Assembly (NCBI GenBank): GCA_036338695.1
Contig: JAYZBQ010000048.1
Coordinates: forward strand, 352,001 to 416,000
Direction of reading: 5' to 3'
Length of the DNA: 64,000 nt
From: Myxococcota bacterium
GTDB taxonomy: Bacteria; Myxococcota; UBA4151
Below the pieces are notes generated by a model that saw nothing but the letters and a program-made list of their open reading frames with translations, had not been told where the DNA came from and made no database searches. Numbering within the stretch: position 1 is the first letter of the stretch; each line of letters starts with the position of its first letter. This document shows, piece by piece, positions 57,412 to 64,000 of this stretch. A program made the position numbers and the translations under genes.

Positions 57412-59082
<1,671 letters not shown>

Positions 59083-59112
59083 GCGGCGCATACCCCCCTG
59101 GTTTCACACCAT

Positions 59113-59149
59113 GCAGCAGGCGCCCTCTCGGGGCGCCTGTTGTTGTTTT
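59113..59149 (+). terminator. Rho-independent terminator after groEL
   Basis: Stem CAGCAGGCGCCC / GGGCGCCTGTTG followed by TTGTTTT. Confidence 0.8.
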
Positions 59150-59157
59150 GGGGCCGT

Positions 59158-59919
59158 CTACTGGCCGCGCAGCGCCGCTTCGCTAAAGTCTTTCGCGCCG
59201 AACTGCGCGTTGAAGTCGATGGCGAGCACGTCCACGCGCGTCTTCGAGGCGCGCTTGAGGTCCTTCATCGTCGCCGCAAACACGACGTATCGGCCTTGGT
59301 GTTTGCGCAGACGATTAACGGTCATCGACTTGACCAAGGTCTTACGGTCTTTGGCGAAAAAGAGGGTCCGAAGCGGAACCTGAGCCTTGGGGTGGACCTG
59401 CATCTCGATGCGGCCGAACTCGTTGTTCAAGAGACCCTTCTCTGGCGTGACGTTGACGACACGGCAGGTCGCTTTACCGCAGGTTTTGTCTGTGCCGAAG
59501 CGGTAGATCCCCTCGTCGGTGTCCCGCCTCTCAAAGTCGGAGTAGCTGAAGTCGGTCCCCATAAAGCGCTCGTTCTTCGACGATGCGCCGATGGGGCGGA
59601 TTTTGTCGTAGGTCGGTTGGTACAAAAGCTGAGTGGTCGCGCCGCTCGGTTCTTCGCGCATGAGCATCGCCGTGCCCGCTAGCTCGGCGGGTTCAGCGAA
59701 CCGAACGAGCGTGTGCGCACGCTGCTTGAGGGTGGCCCCTTTGATCTCGAGCGCCCGCGTCTTCTGGCGTTTTTTCTTGTCGGTGATGGTCAGGCGCAAG
59801 GTGACGTGAGCCTTCGTCCAGCCCATGGCGTCTGCGTCGAGCACTCGTTGCGCGAAGGCTTTTGCATCCTCGGCTTGCGCCTGGGGTGCGAAGAGAAACA
59901 GCAGAAGGAGCGGTCTCAT
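59158..59919 (-). CDS. Outer-membrane lipoprotein-sorting (LolA-like) protein
   Basis: Signal peptide; RFAEPAELAGTAML, FMGTDFSYSD, DFSEAAL. Confidence 0.85.
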   Translation of the reverse strand: MRPLLLLFLFAPQAQAEDAKAFAQRVLDADAMGWTKAHVTLRLTITDKKKRQKTRALEIKGATLKQRAHTLVRFAEPAELAGTAMLMREEPSGATTQLLYQPTYDKIRPIGASSKNERFMGTDFSYSDFERRDTDEGIYRFGTDKTCGKATCRVVNVTPEKGLLNNEFGRIEMQVHPKAQVPLRTLFFAKDRKTLVKSMTVNRLRKHQGRYVVFAATMKDLKRASKTRVDVLAIDFNAQFGAKDFSEAALRGQ

Positions 59920-61868
59920 GAGGTGGTCTCCGGGTCCAGAATAGGCGACGGCCCTGCGATGCGAAAGCTCGTCTGCGTGATTTCGTCTCGGTCTGCGTGC
60001 GCGCTCTGGGGCAGCTGGGTGCGAGTTGAAGCCTCAAGATCGACGATCTCGGCGCCGTCGCCGTACGAGCGGGTCACGATGCGCTTGAGTCGTCCGAGCT
60101 CACGCACGCGATCGGCGAGGCGCTCAGCGGCTTCGGTGATGCGATCCAGCGCGCCGCGCGCTCGGTGCGTCTCTTCGAGCTGGTGCATCGCCATGTCAGC
60201 GAACCCGAGGATGGTCGTCAGGGGTTGGTTCAGCTCATGCGCCGCGGTGGCCGCCATCAACAGCGCCCCTTGAATCTCACCAGCCTGCGCGGTCTGCTCG
60301 TCGATCTCAGCTCGCAGCGCCATCTCTTGGCTCAGGTCGTGGATCAGCAAAACAATCGCCGCCTCTTGGTTGTTCTCAAAGAGCATGGAGGCGCCCAATC
60401 GGACCACAACCTCTCGCCCTCCAAGGTGCCTCATCAGCCGCTTGCTGCTGCTCAGCACGCCGCCTGATGCGCGCAGTTCGGTGACCAACTCTTCCCAGCC
60501 TCCGGCGGCGAACAGCTCGGCGGCTCGGTCCTTGTAGAGCATCTCACGCGCCGGCGCGCCAAAGATGGACTCGGCGGCGCTGTTGAACAAAATCACCTGG
60601 CCGTCGAGGCGCGCCGAGACGATGCCGTCGCCCGTTCGGTTAACGAGCTTCTCTAAAAATTCTTTCGTTGCGGTCAGCTCGCGCTGCAGCATGGTCGCCT
60701 CGGTGACGTCGCGAAAGCTCGCGATCACCCCTGCGCTCTGACCGCCGAGGCCGCCTGCGCTCAGGCTGATCGTGCGTTCTTGGCCCCGACCTGTTCGGAC
60801 TCGGATCTGAAGATTCCGCGGAAAGACTCGATGATTAAAGCCGCGCACAACCCGCGCGATCACCGCTTGATCCGAGGCTGCGACCACCTGAGCGATAGGG
60901 CGCTCGCGCAGCTCGTCTTCACTGTAGCTCAGGATCTTTCGGCCTTCGGGGTTGATGGCGAGGAATCGACCTTTCGCATCGAGCACCGCCATGCCGTCGC
61001 TTGCGTAGGCGAAAAACTCTTCAAACCGCTCGTAGTCTTTGAGCTTGCTCTCGGCGAGCATCCGGGCGCGTGTCGCCTCGACCTGTCGATGGCGCGCCGT
61101 CCTTAGAAGACGCGCCGTATGCAGGGCGGTGGCGCAAGCGCCTGCGACGATCTCGCCAAAGCGCAGCGCCTCCGTCCGCGGGCCTGCTTCTCCGGTGGCG
61201 CGCCGTAAGAAGACGCAGCCGATCAAGTCGCCCTCAAAGAGCAGCGGAAAGAGCACCGCAGCGCCCACGCCGGCGCTCGTGACGTCGTCACGTACTGTGT
61301 GCATCAAGGGGTCGATCGAGGTGTCGTTGATGACCACCGTGTTGCGCGTCTCGATCAGGCGCATCAGCTCTGGATATTTTTTGACGTGAAGGTAGAGCGG
61401 CTCGCCCGAGTCGTCGCCGCGATCGGTCGCGGTGATCACCTGCGCTCGGTCTTCGTCGAGCGAGAACAAAAGGATGCTCGCTCGGGTAAACTCGATGCGC
61501 TCCGCGAGCGCCTTGGACATGCGCTTGAGGATAACCGCCGGGTCCCGGCTCGTAGCCATCGCTCGGGTCAGGTGCTGCAGCGCCTCGAGGTCGCTGCTGG
61601 CGTCGTCCTGGTTGGCGTTGGCGAGGCGCTGCAGGCGACGACCAAGGTCTTCATCGCTCATCTCGATGTAGAGCAGCTCATCGACCTCTTCTGCGACGGC
61701 TTGGGCGATCCCGCTCGGGTGTGTGATGAGCCCAGCGACGTGACCGCTCGTCGGCGGGAAGCTGTTCGGGTGTGGGTATGCGCGCACGCTGAGGTCGGTC
61801 TCTCCAAGACATTGGATGACCCGCTCAAGCCGCGCTCGGAGCTCTGCGTCGTGAATCTCGAGCCGCAT
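59916..61868 (-). CDS. GAF-PAS-PAS-HisKA(DHp) sensory protein lacking an HATPase domain
   Basis: GAF (FPLLFEGDLIG), two PAS domains (INPEG..LSY; FNSAAE.IFG), AHELNQPL H-box; ends about 85 aa later with no N/G boxes. Confidence 0.8.
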   Translation of the reverse strand: MRLEIHDAELRARLERVIQCLGETDLSVRAYPHPNSFPPTSGHVAGLITHPSGIAQAVAEEVDELLYIEMSDEDLGRRLQRLANANQDDASSDLEALQHLTRAMATSRDPAVILKRMSKALAERIEFTRASILLFSLDEDRAQVITATDRGDDSGEPLYLHVKKYPELMRLIETRNTVVINDTSIDPLMHTVRDDVTSAGVGAAVLFPLLFEGDLIGCVFLRRATGEAGPRTEALRFGEIVAGACATALHTARLLRTARHRQVEATRARMLAESKLKDYERFEEFFAYASDGMAVLDAKGRFLAINPEGRKILSYSEDELRERPIAQVVAASDQAVIARVVRGFNHRVFPRNLQIRVRTGRGQERTISLSAGGLGGQSAGVIASFRDVTEATMLQRELTATKEFLEKLVNRTGDGIVSARLDGQVILFNSAAESIFGAPAREMLYKDRAAELFAAGGWEELVTELRASGGVLSSSKRLMRHLGGREVVVRLGASMLFENNQEAAIVLLIHDLSQEMALRAEIDEQTAQAGEIQGALLMAATAAHELNQPLTTILGFADMAMHQLEETHRARGALDRITEAAERLADRVRELGRLKRIVTRSYGDGAEIVDLEASTRTQLPQSAHADRDEITQTSFRIAGPSPILDPETTS

Positions 61869-62836
61869 TATGAGTTCTCCGAGAAGGGGTCCCAGCCACG
61901 ACGCGGCAGCGGGTTGCCGCGTTGATCGACCACCTGCTTCTCTTTGGTGATTCGACCGATGCGCGTCAACCGCACGGAGGTCGCGTCGGAGACGTCGTTC
62001 AGCGCCTCGGTCATCGCAGGGGGTACGCTGAACAGCAGCTCATAGTCCTCTCCGCCATAACAGACGTAAGGCTCAACCGGTTGATTCATGAGCTCGGCGA
62101 CGCGCCGCACCCGGGGATCGACCGGGAGCAGGCGGCGGTCGAGCTGAGCGCCGCAGCCGGAGGCCTCGCAGAGGCGGTGCAGGTCGAGGACCAGGCCGTC
62201 GCTGATGTCGATACCGGCGCTGGCGATCCCCATCCGCGCCAGCGTGGTACCGAGCAAGATGCGCGGCGACACCGCCCGGAATCCATCGCTCAGCGCGCTG
62301 CGATCGCGCGGGTTGGCCTTGAGAACGTCGAGCCCCGCAGCGGACGCGCCGAGCTGACCGCTGACCCAGAGCTCATCGCCGGCGCGCGCGCCGCCGCGGG
62401 AGAGCACGCGCCCTTGAAGCGGCGTGCCGAGGACGGTGATCACCAAACCTTGGAGCGAGGCGCGGGTTAGGTCGCCGCCGATCAGGTCCACCTTGTAGCG
62501 CTGGGCCGTCTGCCCGAGCCCGGCGCCGAGACGCTCTGTAAAGTCGTCGGTTTCGCGCCCGCTCAGCGTCAGCGAGAGCGTATAAAATCGAGGCAGCGCG
62601 CCCATCGCAGCCAGATCGCTGAGCGCTGCGCCGAGGCAGCGCTCGCCGAGCTGCTCAGGGTCGAGCCAGGCGCTCTGGTAGTGGCTGCCCTCGAAGTAGC
62701 TGTCCGTGGAGATCACGAGACCACCGGGAAGGCTCTGAATCAGCGCGCCGTCGTCCCCTGGACCGAGCACGGTCTGTCCGTCTCGGTGGCGCCGCGCACG
62801 GCGCAGGAGTCGATCGATCAGGGCGCGCTCGGTCAC
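61868..62836 (-). CDS. thiL: Thiamine-monophosphate kinase
   Basis: GPGDDGA, LSDLAAMGA.P, LIGGD, DISDGL..DL, GGEDYELLF. Confidence 0.96.
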   Translation of the reverse strand: MTERALIDRLLRRARRHRDGQTVLGPGDDGALIQSLPGGLVISTDSYFEGSHYQSAWLDPEQLGERCLGAALSDLAAMGALPRFYTLSLTLSGRETDDFTERLGAGLGQTAQRYKVDLIGGDLTRASLQGLVITVLGTPLQGRVLSRGGARAGDELWVSGQLGASAAGLDVLKANPRDRSALSDGFRAVSPRILLGTTLARMGIASAGIDISDGLVLDLHRLCEASGCGAQLDRRLLPVDPRVRRVAELMNQPVEPYVCYGGEDYELLFSVPPAMTEALNDVSDATSVRLTRIGRITKEKQVVDQRGNPLPRRGWDPFSENS

Positions 62837-64000
62837 TCCTGCGGCGCCTCTTCGCGCGCTGCGAAGGTGTGCTCAAAAACCTCTCGGATGTGTTCGCAAG
62901 GGTAGATGTTGAGACCTCGACGGACCTCTTTGGGCAGCTCGGCGATGTCCACCTCATTGCCTTTGGGGATGAGGACGGTCTTGATCCCGAGGCGCAGCGC
63001 AGCCAGGCATTTCTCTTTGAGCCCGCCGATGGTCATCACGCGCCCGCGCAGCGTGATCTCTCCGGTCATGGCGACGTCTCGCTTGACCGGTCGCTCGGTG
63101 AGCAAGCTCAGGATAGCGGTCGCCATGGTGATCCCTGCGCTCGGGCCATCCTTCGGGATCGCGCCTGCGGGGACATGGATGTGCAGGTCCTTCTCTTCGA
63201 GCGCGTCGTCGGCGACCCCGAACTCATCGCCGTGGCTTCGCAGGAAGGTAAGCGCCGCGCGCACCGACTCCTTCATGACGTCCCCGAGCTGTCCGGTTAG
63301 GATCAGGTTGCCTTTGCCCTTCATCAAGCTCGCCTCGACCACCAACACCTCACCGCCGACGCTCGTCCAGGCCAGTCCATTGGCGCAGCCGATGTCATCC
63401 TCGGCGAGGTCAGGGTCGGACTTGTAGCGTGCGGGACCCAGATAGCGGCTGAGCGCCTTGGGGGTGATGGTCCCACGCGTGATCTCCTCTGCCACGATCC
63501 TTCGCGCGACTTTACGGCAGACGGTGCCGACCTGGCGCTCGAGCCCGCGCACGCCCGCCTCCCGGGTGTAGCCTTGAATCAGCGCCTTGAGCGCAGGGTT
63601 TGAGAAGTGGATCTCTTCATCGCTCAGGCCGTTTTGCTCGCGCTGGCGCTCGACGATGTAGCGCCGGCAGATCTGCAGCTTCTCGTTCGCCGTATACCCT
63701 GCGAGGCGGATCATCTCGAGCCGGTCCAGCAGCGGGCGCGGGATCGTGTCGGTCAGGTTGGCGTTGGCGAGAAACAGGACCTGACTGAGGTCGAAAGGCA
63801 GGTTGATGTAGTGATCGCGAAAGCTCGTATTTTGCTCGGGGTCGAGCACCTCGAGGAGCGCCGCTGCCGGGTCCCCTCGGAAGTCCGACCCGACCTTATC
63901 GAGCTCATCGAGCATGATCACGGGGTTCATGGTGCCCGCTTGCTTAATCGCCTGAATGATGCGGCCGGGCATGGCGCCGACGTACGTTCGGCGGTGACCT
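62833..64000 (-). CDS. lon: Lon protease (paralogue 2; 5' part outside the window)
   Basis: [48 protein letters not shown]. Confidence 0.96.
   Translation of the reverse strand, partial: GHRRTYVGAMPGRIIQAIKQAGTMNPVIMLDELDKVGSDFRGDPAAALLEVLDPEQNTSFRDHYINLPFDLSQVLFLANANLTDTIPRPLLDRLEMIRLAGYTANEKLQICRRYIVERQREQNGLSDEEIHFSNPALKALIQGYTREAGVRGLERQVGTVCRKVARRIVAEEITRGTITPKALSRYLGPARYKSDPDLAEDDIGCANGLAWTSVGGEVLVVEASLMKGKGNLILTGQLGDVMKESVRAALTFLRSHGDEFGVADDALEEKDLHIHVPAGAIPKDGPSAGITMATAILSLLTERPVKRDVAMTGEITLRGRVMTIGGLKEKCLAALRLGIKTVLIPKGNEVDIAELPKEVRRGLNIYPCEHIREVFEHTFAAREEAPQE

Overview
This is a GC-rich, gene-dense bacterial chromosome segment, most likely from a Myxococcota/deltaproteobacterial lineage. 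That assignment rests on the parS variant TGTTCCACGTGGAACA, the parA-parB-bactofilin order, zinc-ribbon/GYF and DUF4388-type proteins and two Lon paralogues. The window appears to span the replication-origin region, but the usual origin cluster is broken up. dnaA (54.2-55.6 kb) is divergent from rpmH-rnpA-yidC, rsmG-parAB plus parS lie at 33-35 kb, dnaN is at 12.7 kb and recF at 4-5 kb. The best oriC candidate is the 280-bp gap upstream of dnaN, about 41.5 kb from dnaA; it has paired DnaA-box-like 9-mers, a GC spacer, NAN trios and an apparent GC-skew flip. The most distinctive accessory system is a cobalamin-riboswitch-led four-gene operon (7.8-12.4 kb). It encodes three predicted lipoproteins, one built from a tandem-duplicated Cys-containing domain I cannot assign, plus a TonB-dependent receptor. 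Other notable items are a transglutaminase-elicitor-like protein with a variant active site, a QLDLF clamp-binding motif inside LigA, and a Trp-Gly-repeat receiver/DUF4388/J-like protein. An HTH-astA-astD-lon-dtd operon and a kinase-less GAF-PAS-PAS-DHp sensor are also present. The rest is housekeeping (ileS, lgt, def/fmt, priA, galU, rplU/rpmA/obg, tRNA-Phe, groESL, thiL). No CRISPR array, IS element or prophage was seen. All calls come from reading motifs by eye; no database search was run.
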